A DNA stretch of 63,661 nt, the filler included, from Neolecta irregularis DAH-3 (Eukaryota), in the NCBI GenBank assembly GCA_001929475.1. It is 6 parts of 6 records of this genome, joined end to end, with 100 filler letters (N's around TTAATTAATTAA, not from the genome) between each part and the next. Parts side by side here need not be neighbours in the genome. Positions count along the whole stretch, not along the records: positions 37,704 to 57,356 come from LXFE01000503.1; positions 57,457 to 60,116 come from LXFE01003992.1; positions 60,217 to 62,365 come from LXFE01000506.1; positions 62,466 to 63,661 come from LXFE01004013.1; 2 more parts are not named here. One strand, written 5' to 3'. This document shows positions 49,969 through 62,478 of this stretch, one piece after another. The position numbers and the translations under genes are program-made. Under the pieces are notes generated by a model, which saw only the letters and a program-made list of their open reading frames with translations, was not told the origin of the DNA and made no database searches. Numbering within the stretch: position 1 is the first letter of the stretch; each line of letters opens with the position of its first letter.

Positions 49969-52900
49969 TCAGGCGCTACTTATTAGGCATGCGCTCAGTT
50001 TATTTCCCGTCTTACATATCGGGTGGCACGGCCTGTGATAATCCTCAATAGGTAAAGTGCTGCTCACTGTATGTAATATTTGATCTCCGAATGTGGGATA
50101 CCTGCAAGTTTCTATAGTAACTCCCAGAATACGTAAATTTCAGTTTAAAGATACCCAATTCAGACAAAAGATGAAAATGAATATACACTCCTCTTACGAA
50201 TTTCGAGATAATGATGTCTTATGCCGCTTGCGATGCTTCAGTTTCCAGATACCCACCTTCTTTAGCATAATAATCAATCAAAGCAACACTCGCATTAACA
50301 TGTTCCAGCCGTCTTAGCGTTTTCGTAATTTGAATTTCTCGCTTTTGTTGAACCAGTCTTCGTAAAGTCGACGTTAGAAACCCTGATAAAATATCTACAG
50401 ACCATGAATCTGGTATGACTTCCAGAACCTGCTCTTGTCAGTCTACACTTTTCTATTATTTATCTCACCATGTTTACATCAAGACACGTGCCCCATCGAT
50501 CAAGTATTCGACAAGTCTGAACAAGTCGATCTTCGTATTGAGGAAGAGAAAGGTAATCTACCAATAACAAGGAAAATAAATCCTCTCGAGTCTTTTCAAC
50601 ATCAATACGATCATTACGGAGAAACGATGAAATGGTTGTTCCTCCATTCAAACAATATGCTTCAGCGCCTTCAAAGTCCTTTAAATCATGAGATAGCAAC
50701 CGAATAGCTTCCGCGTGACGATTAAGCTGGATAATCAATACCTTGACCAAAATTTCTCGTACCCTTCCATACAAAATAATCAATTCAGCGAGCAAGAAAT
50801 ATTGCTCTCTTTGAACTCGTTTGAGAACAGCCTCCGTGTCATAATCAAATACACCTTGAAGAAGATTCAACAGTCCAACTCTGGTATTTGTAAATTCATG
50901 GATTTTGGGATTTGTAGATGGTGTCAAAGTAGACAGATACTCGATATACGAAGGCTTTGTAAATGGCATGCGACGAAAATGATCAACTGTGGCCTCTATA
51001 TTCGCTCTAACTCCAATGTCTTCAAGGGATGAAAGGATCTTTGTGATGTAAAGGTTGATTAATTCATTGTAATATTTCGGTTCCTGATGTTTGTCGATGT
51101 CAGCTGTAGGAAACATACCAGTTGCCTTTCCTTAAAAACTAGGAATTCAAGGTATTCCATGTACGCCTCGGCACTTTTATCTCCCAGCTCTTGTAATATA
51201 TCATCGATTTTAAAAGAGCGTGATATTCGATCGTCCATGAAAATCGAAATGCCCAGTTTTGGAAACCGTTCTACGAGCCATGTTCCGTATTTCCAAATCA
51301 ATACCAGGTCATCACATTGCAACAGAAAGTTGGTCAGCTTCTCGGGACCGTTCTGAAATTCTTGATCGACCCAAGTACCGTCGATAAGCTTGGCCCACGT
51401 TTCCAGGATATCTCGATCAAATTTCTTCGATTCAAACAATCGCCCGAGCAGGAAATATCGTCCTTTTTCTTCCAACATTGTGACTGCTTCCTCGAAACAG
51501 TCAACACCACCATCAATCAAGTCTTCCAATTCAACTTTAGACTCAAAAGTCGTTGAATTCAAAAGAATCTTGAGAAGAACGTAATCAACGACTCGAAAAA
51601 GATTGTATCCTGCATCTCCAACACCAACACTTCCAAATCCTTTTTTCTCACGAAAGAAAGACATGTAAGCTTTCAACATTTGTGAAGCTGAATCTCGGAG
51701 TTCGGTTAGTATATCTTCTGAAACGTCTGGACCGTGTGTATTTTTGACTAGCGGTCAGTACTAGCAATAGGCGAGTCATATGCTTATGTCCTCAACAGAC
51801 GAAATATGTTCAACGACGTCTTTCACTCCTCTATATACCCAAATATCTTGGTTTCCTAGAGTCGAGAATTCAGGGAATAAACGAACGAGAAGACGAGGAT
51901 CGGCATTTCCAAGCTTGAAGACTCGTAGCGCGTCGTCAAACAAAGTTCTTCCAAGATACAAAAACCCAGCTTTTTGATGTGTATATGATAGCTCATGATA
52001 CTTTACAGTAAGCACGGATAAAGTGAGTTTAGTACAATTCGCTCGGCTTGAGGGTTTCCTGGCTCTAGCGTCTTGAACGATTCCTTTGCAGTAACAAGGG
52101 CTTCTTCAATTTCATTGTTGCCCAACAGTTCATCAAGATGAATTAATTGGGGTGTAGTAACTAAACATCCAACTTTCTGTCCACCCGCGACAAATATTCT
52201 TGCAGAAACAGTGGAAATTCTTTGAGCTACTTCAATTTCTTCCATTCTTCGATGGATATGTAGAGGAGTAGAGGGTTCAGAGGGAATTTGACAAGTTGTC
52301 GATTTCGGAACCGTTCGCAACTCTACCATCGCGAGTTTTTCGGCTAAAGAAGAGATTGTTACGCTGCAACCTCGAGAGACACGACAGAGGGTTGTCGAAG
52401 AGAAAATGTCGGATGTATTGATCACTTGTGTTGGTTGTTGAGAGAGAACATTGTGTAGTTCGATCATTCCGCCTTCTGATAACGCAGCCACAAAAGGAAA
52501 TTCGACAGCTAAAGGTCAAAAGTGTTTAACGAACTGCGAATACCAATCGATTTGGGATACTGTGAAAACATCAGTGTTCCACGAGTGACATCACCGTTCA
52601 TATCAATAAACATGCCAATCCCATTGTCACCACCGGGCGGACCTGAAGTAACAAGAAACTCATCCTCTCCCACACAAGCAACTAATGGTAGATTGCTAGA
52701 ATTTTTCACGGGTTCTCCTTGAGTGATCTCGATAAGCGGGATCTTTCGGATATTATCAACATCGATAAGATCATAAGTAAGAGCATTCGCTACACAAGCA
52801 ATACTTCCCCGCTGGCAACCAGCTATAGCGCCGGAATAATCGACATCCTAATGTCTCAGTTGAGTCGGTGAATATCTTACTTTGATAAGCTTGACATCCT

Positions 52901-53489
52901 CGCGACTGATACTGACGATGCGGATGAGACGCTTCGCTAACACAGTGAGTGAAACAGATCCATCTGCTTCTGTATGTCCTTCCTTTTCGATATCTTGGAA
53001 AACAGCGTTGACTTCCTTGATACGTCTTGATGTTGCAGGGGTAAAATTGGGAAGAGTATGAAAGAATAGGGTGTTATCTATATTCTCGTCATTGAAGTTG
53101 TTGAATTGTAGTGGTACTGCAAAGGACAACGGCTCTTTCAATTTGCGGAAGAAGAAGAAGATTAGTGATTGGTTTTTTCAAAGTCCCAATCTTTTGTCTC
53201 GATGCAATTGAATAGGATGGAACGACCTGATGTTTAGATTTTTGGCCTTGTGCAACGAGTACATTGACTGATGAACTTTCTTTATCAACGACAAAGTGTA
53301 AAACTTGGCCTTCCGTATTTCCTACATATAAATGATCACCTAACTTTTGAAAATTACTCATGCATAGTCAAATATACCATAAGCTTCTGCACAAGTAGTC
53401 GATGTTGTAACTGATGAATCCCTCTCAGATTCTCCCTCTTCCATAGACAATTCATCTAATAAAACCTGAAAGGTATACGGCTGCTGCAT
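49969..53489 (-). CDS. VPS3: Vps3/TGFBRAP1-like CORVET subunit (CNH + clathrin repeat)
   Basis: DHLYVGNTEG, GMFIDMNGDVTRGTL, ADPRLLVRLF, EYLEFLV, HDLKDFEGAEAYC, IPDSWSVDI. Confidence 0.82.
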
Positions 53490-53642
53490 TTGCTATGACT
53501 GATTCTAATATTTTTTGATCTCTGTTACGAATGGCGGCATAAATCATCAATGTCGTCAGTAGGAGATCAACCTCAACCTCCACTGATTGGGTTATTCTTT
53601 GTATCCAAACCCAATCAAAACTAATACGAATCGCAGCAAAAA

Positions 53643-55855
53643 ATGCCGGAAAGCTCAGGAAATTCATTTCAGAGAGCGCTGGCTGTTTGGAGAAGTATGG
53701 CCGTTATCCATCAGATAGCTAATGTTCTAGATGTCAATCTATCCACATTACAGAAACAACTCCATTCGCAAGGATCAGAAATAATAGAAGGACAAAAGGA
53801 ATCCTTGCTCAAACGGAAAGACCTTTCTCAAAAGACCAAAGATTTCCGAAAACTATCAGAAGAGGAGAAAACAGGAAATATAAAGGGGTTATTAAAGGGT
53901 ACGTTTCTCTCTCTACCGGCATCACCTATTAATCAAGAGCAGCATACCAAAGCGAAATTGATGCTCTTACAAAGCGATCCAAAGTCTCTGAGAGCGCCTT
54001 CTTATCATTGCATAATTTACTTGCAAACGCGCCGGATCCATATCCCCTTCTTGAACTTATGCGTAATCGAGCTATTTCTAGTGCATGGTTAATGGACAGT
54101 CGACCAAGCAATCGCTTTTGATGAAACAGAGCATCTAGCCAAGGAAAACGCGGAACTGAAAAAACAAATTGTTTCTCAGTCGGATGTTGCTGATCTTGAA
54201 AGAAGATTGGCCAAAGCCCAAGAAGATGTTGTGGCTCTTTCCAGAGAGAAGGAACATGCGAAAGAAGTAGAAATGAGGGCTCTATTTGAGGAGAAGGAGA
54301 AAAATTGGGCCGAGCGAGAAGCTGAATTACACCGGCAAGTCAACGAGGCAAGAGATCTGGTCAGAGATATGGCTGCTTCCCATGAAGCTACACAGGCGAG
54401 ACTTAGTGCTCATGATAAGAAAACCGGTTTGTCTGCATATTATGGCAGACTGACAAGATAGACGAGGGTTTGATAGGACGACTTGCTGAATTGGATATCG
54501 CTGCCTCTGATCTCGAGCGGGCAAATCTTCGAATTGTACAAGTCGAACGACGAAACGAAGAACTTTGCAGTGAAATCGCTGCTTTGCGGAGTGGAAAGGG
54601 CACTGGTGCTGAAGTGAAAGCCGAAAAATTCCAAGAGACTCTTAAAGTTCTTGAAGAAGACTATCACAATCTAACTCGAGTGCTGGAACGAACCAACTTG
54701 GAGCGTCGGATTGAAAGCGAAAAATTGCAAAAGATGATTGCCTCTTTGGAAAAAGATTCGAGTCGAAAAGGTGAAGATCTGAATACTTTGAGAAACAGGT
54801 TGAAGGAACGCGAAGACTATGATGAGATTAAGAGAGAGTTGGATATCCTCAAAGCAAGATTTATACTTCGCCATATCTAACACTCAGCTCATTGAATTTT
54901 CCACAATCGAAGAAGAAATTTCAGAGAATCCATCCACCGAAGAAACACTGCGGACTAGTTTGGAGAAACTCCTTCTTTCAACCAACAAGAAACTCAACAA
55001 TGATCTAACATTGCTTCGAGTATACTCTTCCCTGAAATACAACTGATGCAAGGTTTCCCGCTCTGACCTGGAAGAAAATCTCCTCAACCTCCAGACAGAT
55101 CTCGACCTGGCAAACAGAGAACTTTCAGATCAAAAACAGTTGGCTGCAAAGCTTGAAGAAGATCTTTCAAGAATACAAGATCGCAGACCACCAACGTTGG
55201 GTGCACCCAGTGTTATAGGAACAACGCGTCATTCCAGATCAATACGCCAGTCCAGTCCTGCTGATTCAATCATCAATTCTCGTGAAGATTCGTTATCAGG
55301 AGTCCTTGAAAAGCCGGATACATCTATTCTTCCTATAATAACCCAGCAAAGAGACCGCTTTAGATCCAGGAACTCAGAACTGGAGGATGAACTTCGTCAA
55401 CAATTTGCTACGATCTCCGCATTGCGAAGCGAAGTCCAACAGCTGCAAAAAGACAATTTGCAATTGTATGAACGATCAAGATATCTGGGAGATTATCGTC
55501 GTGGTGACCTGGCTATCACAGTCGGCGAAGGCTCCCAGTTAGAACGATATCGCAACCAGTACGAAAAGTCTGTTAATCCTTTCGAAAATTTTAGAGGAAG
55601 AGTTGTTTTCTTTGTTCATTCGTTGGCTGATAGTTTAAGGAAACAGCTAGAATCTTGCGATCGCTAAATCCTATTGAAAGAGTGATATTAGCGTTCATGA
55701 GGATAATGATGTCTAATTCATATACAAGGCATCTATTTGTGGTCTATACAGTTGGGTTGCATATTCTTGCCATCATCTGTCTTGGGAGATTTACTTCGCA
55801 TGATATGGTTGTCCCTGAGCACGATTGGATAGTTGAAGGCAAGGATCATACGTGA
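53643..55855 (+). CDS. COY1: Golgi CASP/Coy1 coiled-coil membrane protein
   Basis: RKDLSQKTKDFRKL, APDPYPLLE, ILPIITQQRDRFRSRNSELEDE, DNLQLYE, C-terminal TM YTVGLH. Confidence 0.93.
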
Positions 55856-55947
55856 CAATACATTCCTTTAAATAGTTGGATTGTTTATATAGCATTAATT
55901 ATTGGTTGTATCATTGCGGATACAAAATAGTAAATTTTAAAGCAATG

Positions 55948-56759
55948 TCAACAGTTGCACTCTGATATTTTCTGGCAAACTTGCTCAAATCCATTGGTAA
56001 TTACCCAATTATCCAACACATCGTCCGAAGTTATATGTTCATTTCCAGGTCGGACAACAAGCCCAGTCTGCATTCCAGCCGCCCTAGCAGCATATGTTTC
56101 TATATCTATTAATTTATGCCAGATACCATTGCACCTCTGGATATATCACTAAGAAATAGAATGGTTCCAGGAGAAACACCAACACTCTCAGCGATATTCT
56201 CATAGCTCTGTCTTTCATTCTTATACCCAACCATACTAGGATCAAAGTATCCCTTTATATACCTCGTTAAATCTCCTTTGTCAGAATAACGGAAGAGAGA
56301 TTGTTGTGCTGAAACGCTTCCGCTGGAGTAAATATAACAATCAATGCATTCGAGCAGTGGAACAACGTCAGCGTAAACTGGGGCTTTAATCACCCTTGAT
56401 TCATACGCCAATCTCCAAATCTGACCTTGCAATTCTTTCAAGGCGGGCATTTTTGAATCCTCTTTAATAAGTGACTCGATGAATTTGGGCACTGTCCGAG
56501 CAGTCAATGATGAGTCCTAGAGGTCATGCTGTGAATCCAAGAGACAATCTTGTACACATTTCTGGAAGAGTGAAAGATATTTGTTGTATGGTGGTTCAGA
56601 AAAATTGATACACTTGATTGTGTCGATGGCATACGGGAACTTTACTGTTATAAGATCTTTTCAATATTGTGATTATACCAATGTCCCGCGAACAAATGCC
56701 AATGGAGTAGTCGTTCCTTCAATATCGAGCAAGACAGTGGTGATCTTTGATCCTGGCAT
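55948..56759 (-). CDS. UTR4: Enolase-phosphatase E1 (methionine salvage, HAD)
   Basis: LLDIEGTTTPLAFV, LKELQGQIW, YIYSSGSVSAQ, ILFLSD, VVRPGN. Confidence 0.93.
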
Positions 56760-56800
56760 ATTTAATCAGATGTTACTATTTTGTGCTAGACGGTTGAACT

Positions 56801-56964
56801 TGTGAGGCTCTGCGGTTACAAATAAGACTAGAATATATTTGACTAAACTTGAATTCTGAGAACCTAGCTAGGTGTGTTCCCTCTAATACTCGTCTTTTCT
56901 ACATGTCGTAAATCCCTTCAGCCTCTTATCGCAATGGCAGCGATATACTAGGTATATCCTTACA
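56801..56964 (-). mobile_element. Degenerate solo LTR of the TGTAAGGATATAC family
   Basis: Ends GTATATCCTTACA (reverse complement of the 19459/61517 start); other end TGTGAGGCTCTGCG..AATAAGAC resembles the family terminus; no TSD. Confidence 0.6.
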
Positions 56965-57356
56965 AATAGTTAACTCGACGGTGTCTCAATACTATCCAGG
57001 TTCACTTCTTAAGCATCAGTCAAATGGAATCGATCTCGATGTTTGGAGCAATCCACTTGAAAAAGGATTGGTTGGAGGATACACGTAGTGGCCCTTGGGG
57101 ATGTGTGGGCACTATCAAGTCCCACCGCCCGCACACGACCGCACCAGCCGGGTCAGACATAGAGGACGCCGCCAGCTGTGGGCGCCCTCACGATCCAAGA
57201 CTCTGGATTCCCATGTGGATAGGGTTCCACACGGACCAGTCAGATGACCGGACAGTGGCGCGCAAGGACGGGTATATAGGTAGCGCCCAACGCGATTAGC
57301 GCGCTAGGCTTAACACTGTATATTAATACCAACGGTTATCACTATTGACGACCCTT

Positions 57357-57456
57357 NNNNNNNNNNNNNNNNNNNNNNNNNNNNNNNNNNNNNNNNNNNN
57401 TTAATTAATTAANNNNNNNNNNNNNNNNNNNNNNNNNNNNNNNNNNNNNNNNNNNN
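57357..57456. other. Artificial contig spacer
   Basis: N run with TTAATTAATTAA. Confidence 0.97.
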
Positions 57457-57589
57457 GCCAAAGATAGTACTGCTGATATTTGTGTCTGGCAAGATTGTCT
57501 TGACGGGTGCCAAAGTGCGCGAGGAGATTTATCAAGCATTTGAGGTAGGGGTCTCCTTATTTGAGGGGAGAATGTGTGGCTGATTTGCA
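57457..57589 (+). repeat. 133-bp near-identical duplicate of TBP exon + intron (59240-59372), bounded by Ns
   Basis: Identical except one synonymous GAG/GAA change. Confidence 0.9.
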
Positions 57590-58310
57590 NNNNNNNNNNG
57601 AGAATCACACACGTATCATAGAATATAAAGGTCGAATGACACAAAACATTGCTCCACTGTTTCACGACACTTTTGGTGTATTCACCTCAAAGGTTAAGTT
57701 AGGACGAAAAAGAATTCGGCGAAACATTGATGGAAAATCCCGTTAAGGAAATGCAGGGAAATGTGACACAGGCAACACACATGCAAGACAAATATTTAAT
57801 GTGTAGATTTCACCAACTTAACAAACCAAGAGAACAAGTAAGGAAGTAACGCGTGGGATACATTGCACATGAAGGCTAAGCAAAATGATATGCGCCTTTC
57901 AACTGGTGTTGTTGTCAAACAAAGGGGTAAACAGTACTGCGCCACAATTGGGCTCTTGACACCCCTTTCTTCTCACCAGGAATCAGAGACGTTCTACAAG
58001 ATTTCTTTCATCGGACTCAGCTCGGAGGAGGACTAGAGAGGGTCCGAAGGTAGGACAAGCCCCTAGGACAAGTTCTGAGTCAGATTTTTCAAGGCGAATT
58101 GCCGTGGAGGTAAGGGGAGTTAAAGCGAAGATCCCCAGAAACATCTACTTGTCGTGGGAATAGATGCTGTGACCTAAAGAGTAGCTCTGGACGTACATTC
58201 AGGAGTGTTGCCATATTGAAGATGGCAGTAGTGCGGAGGACAACTTTATTAATGAGGCGATGGGTGGTTTGGTGGAGTGTCTCGGAGCGGGTGGAATGAA
58301 AAGGGAAAAG

Positions 58311-58337
58311 AAACCCTAACCCTGAAAAGTATAAATA
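58311..58337 (+). promoter_or_regulatory. TBP promoter: AACCCT/telobox motif plus TATA box
   Basis: AAACCCTAACCCT at 58311-58323; TATAAATA at 58330-58337; pyrimidine-rich leader follows. Confidence 0.55.
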
Positions 58338-58529
58338 CCAGGCCTTTCGCTCTTGCCTCGACGCGAAAAAAAGATATTCGAGCGGCTGTCTTCTCGACCA
58401 TCACGCACCCCTCTGCATCTTGTTGCACGTCGTTGTCGCTCTGTCCCAGATAGTCTGAACCCCATTCTTTCTAGCGCTTCGTCGTCCTCAAGCCTCTTTT
58501 CTCTTTTCTTTTTTCTTGCATAAAAAACA

Positions 58530-59412
58530 ATGGATTTATTCGCTGCCCCTCAGAACGCGCAGCAAGCTACCAATTTCGTTGCTAATCCCTTTACGTTCCC
58601 TACTTCCTCCGTTTCTGTTGAACTTGCACCTCCCACAAGCGAGAAAGAGCAGCCTCAACCAGAGACGGTTGCGACACCGGCTGCAGGTGGATTCATTGGC
58701 GTTTCGGGAATAATCCCACAATTACAGTAGGTCGCCCTTCTTTTGTGAGCCTTTGTGCTCATATAGCCTAAAGAAATATCGTCGCTACTGTCAATCTTGA
58801 CTGTCGGCTTGATTTGAAGACTATTGCTCTTCATGCACGTAATGCGGAATATAACCCCAAGGTAGCCTGTTGATTGACTCTGAGCTGACAAGCAGCGATT
58901 TGCTGCAGTGATTATGCGTATTCGGGAACCGAAGACTACTGCGTTAATCTTTGCATCGGGGAAGATGGTAGTGACGGGAGCGAAGTCTGAAGATGATTCC
59001 AAACTTGCCTCGAGGAAGTATGCCAGAATCATCCAGAAACTGGGATTCAATGCCAAATTCACAGATTTCAAGATCCAGAACATTGTGGGGAGTTGTGATG
59101 TCAAGTTTCCCATTCGGCTTGAAGGATTGGCGTTTTCCCATGGCACTTTCTCTTCGGTATGCCTTTAGGGCCCTGGTAGCTCTGTTGACGTGCAGTATGA
59201 GCCGGAACTGTTCCCAGGATTGATCTACCGAATGGTCAAGCCAAAGATAGTACTGCTGATATTTGTGTCTGGCAAGATTGTCTTGACGGGTGCCAAAGTG
59301 CGCGAAGAGATTTATCAAGCATTTGAGGTAGGGGTCTCCTTATTTGAGGGGAGAATGTGTGGCTGATTTGCAGGCGATCTACCCTGTACTCTCTGAATTC
59401 CGGAAGGCATAG
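58530..59412 (+). CDS. SPT15: TATA-binding protein (4 introns)
   Basis: [62 protein letters not shown]. Confidence 0.98.
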
Positions 59413-59669
59413 AGGGGGAGGAAAGGGATGGTTGCCGGGCGCGCGGGGGATGAGCGGTGTATTATATGGCATACAGAGCTGGGACGGGACTGGCAGTGTT
59501 TGGCCGTCTTGTGCTGGCGCTGCTTTCTTATCTTGTTGCGTGTCTGTGCTGTGGGGCGGGTGGCGTGCGATGCTAGCCAGAAGGGGAAGGCGGGCGTGCC
59601 GCGGGGGCGCAGAGGCGGCGGCGGGGCTAGCTACTTGTGAAGCGGAGAGGCGGCGCTCTTTCCTCCGCC

Positions 59670-60074
59670 ATGACGTGCGCGCGCTCTTCCCGTCGCCGCT
59701 CTGTGAGCAGCCGCAGCCCGGTTCCGCGCCCGGTTCTGCCCGCGGCCAAGCGAGCGCGGCTCTCCGGGAATGCCCGGCAGGAGTTCCAGGGCCCGTTTGT
59801 TGCGCGAGAGGCGGTTGTAGAGAGCGAGGACGACGTGATCGTGTCGGACAGCGAGGCCGCGCGGGAGCTGCAGGTCGAGTTTGTGCCGCAGCACCATCCG
59901 CCCCGTTCTGCCGCCATGGTCCCAACCACCAGCCGCGCCGGCCCGGGCACCGACGAAGACGACGGCGAGCTGCTGGCGCCTACCGACTACGAGCCCGCCG
60001 GCCGCACAGATCTCGTCCAACGCCCAGAACACGTAGGCCTGCTGGAACTCGACCTGATCCTGGGCGCATCCTGA
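59670..60074 (+). CDS. Hypothetical GC-rich protein
   Basis: CCGCCATG start context; basic then acidic low-complexity ORF; no recognised family. Confidence 0.3.
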   Translation: MTCARSSRRRSVSSRSPVPRPVLPAAKRARLSGNARQEFQGPFVAREAVVESEDDVIVSDSEAARELQVEFVPQHHPPRSAAMVPTTSRAGPGTDEDDGELLAPTDYEPAGRTDLVQRPEHVGLLELDLILGAS

Positions 60075-60116
60075 CCCGCCGCTTCGTGGGTGCTTGATGC
60101 TGGTATAACGGCTTGC

Positions 60117-60216
60117 NNNNNNNNNNNNNNNNNNNNNNNNNNNNNNNNNNNNNNNNNNNNTTAATTAATTAANNNNNNNNNNNNNNNNNNNNNNNNNNNN
60201 NNNNNNNNNNNNNNNN
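60117..60216. other. Artificial contig spacer
   Basis: N run with TTAATTAATTAA. Confidence 0.97.
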
Positions 60217-60529
60217 GTTCATTCTGCCCTTGTCCTGTTAAACCTAGACTCGCAAGTCTCTGTAAAAAGGGGTATTCCCTTTGTGTATCGCCGTAATAAC
60301 TCTAGCTTGTCTTGTTTTACTCTCGGATATTTTAAAAACGGTTGATTGGACTGGATCTCTGGCTCTCAACGAAATAAAACGAGTACTCGTTTATATCCAG
60401 AATACAGAAAAAGACGATTCGCTACGTCAATTGGCCCTCGATGTTTCCAATCTTTTCGATAACACTGCTTTGAGTAATTTAAATACATTGGAAATGTCAA
60501 ATCAGGAACAGAGATGGAGGATTCTTTAA
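60217..60529 (+). CDS. 3' end of a helical-repeat protein, possibly Rtp1/TANGO6-like
   Basis: LVYIQNTEKDDSLRQLALDV resembles the Rtp1 C-terminus (from memory); truncated by gap. Confidence 0.4.
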
Positions 60530-60740
60530 CTAGACGTCTCAAGATGGTGCTATTTTACAATCCTTTCTCTTTGTTTATGTATATATTATTGATGATAATT
60601 CTGACTGTCAAGCGAGGCCAACACGACGGAACGAATTGCATATCAAGATTCTATACTGTGACCTCCTCCAGCCGCTGCGGCGCTGCCCCTGCGTACCGAA
60701 TCCCTTCTGCTCCACGCAAAACACGTCCACCGGAAATGCC

Positions 60741-61512
<772 letters not shown>

Positions 61513-61516
61513 ATTA

Positions 61517-61694
61517 TGTAAGGATATACCCCTCGGGTATCCCCTTACCAATACGGCAATACCGTACCAACTATGTAAAGAGGCTTGGAAGAGGTTGTAT
61601 ATAAAGACGGCTGTTAAACTTACCTAGCCAAGTACGTTTACTTAGGCTAGTTATATCACTTGGTCTTATCGTACTTCTAAGCGCATAGCTTACA
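61517..61694 (+). mobile_element. Solo LTR (178 bp)
   Basis: TGTAAG...CTTACA termini; 5' end like 19459, 3' end like 19276; internal TATATAAA; flanks GATTA/GGTTT do not form a clean TSD. Confidence 0.75.
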
Positions 61695-61876
61695 GGTTTT
61701 CTCTTACTGTCCAAGCAAGAAAGTCTTCACACTAAAGATAGCCAAGGAATCAGGTCTGGTCATTGAGACTAAAAGAGTTATCGCTGTCTCAGAAAGCTGG
61801 GAGAAACACCATTTTTGGTTTTCCGGTCCTTGAGCAGTTGAGCTCAAAGTCTTTATCCTTTTGTTCCGCACTACAA

Positions 61877-62365
61877 ATGACTATTCAAATAGCGAAAGAG
61901 AACTGCAAATCAGACTTTCGGTTAGACCACAATGATATTCCAACAAGTGGTGCTTTGGGCAGGGATGATGAACTCTCCCAAAAAGCACATGAGGATACAC
62001 ATTATCTTCCCACAAACCGAATCATGATTGTGTTTCTCGGGTTGATGATAACTGTTTTCTTGGCTGCGTAACTGCCTGCGCCATTACTTTCGATCACACT
62101 AAACATTAGTCTTGATCAGTCTATCATTGCAACTGCTCTTCCTTCAATAATAAGCGACCTTGGTGATGGGTACCTATACTCTTGGGTCGGCTTGTCGTAT
62201 GTCCTAGCATCTACAGTATTCCTCCCATTATATGGCAAACTCTCGGACCTCGTTGGCCGAAAACCGGTTCTATATGGAACAATCGTCATATTTTTGATTG
62301 GAAGTGCACTTTGTGGACTCGCGCAGAGTATGACTTGGCTTATTATCGCTAGGGCTGTTCAAGGT
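61877..62365 (+). CDS. MFS drug:H+ antiporter (DHA2-type), 5' part only
   Basis: FLAA/LDQSIIATALPSI, PLYGKLSDLVGRK, FLIGSALCGLAQSM, ARAVQG. Confidence 0.9.
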
Positions 62366-62465
62366 NNNNNNNNNNNNNNNNNNNNNNNNNNNNNNNNNNN
62401 NNNNNNNNNTTAATTAATTAANNNNNNNNNNNNNNNNNNNNNNNNNNNNNNNNNNNNNNNNNNNN
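62366..62465. other. Artificial contig spacer
   Basis: N run with TTAATTAATTAA. Confidence 0.97.
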
Positions 62466-62478
62466 TTGATCCGTATTT

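Noticed and set aside
57730-58245. Assignment as RNase P/MRP, U1, U5 or H/ACA snoRNA
   Set aside because: Only partial motif look-alikes; no matching P4 pair in the right order and no convincing H/ACA boxes
21224-58323. CCCTAA motifs at 21224 and 58311 as telomeres or telomerase templates
   Set aside because: Only about two units each, in promoter positions, and directly followed by protein-coding genes; better read as Tbf1/Teb1-type sites
59236-60097. 229-aa (-) and 246-aa (+) Arg/Gly/Pro-rich ORFs
   Set aside because: Stop-poor GC-rich sequence overlapping the TBP 3' end
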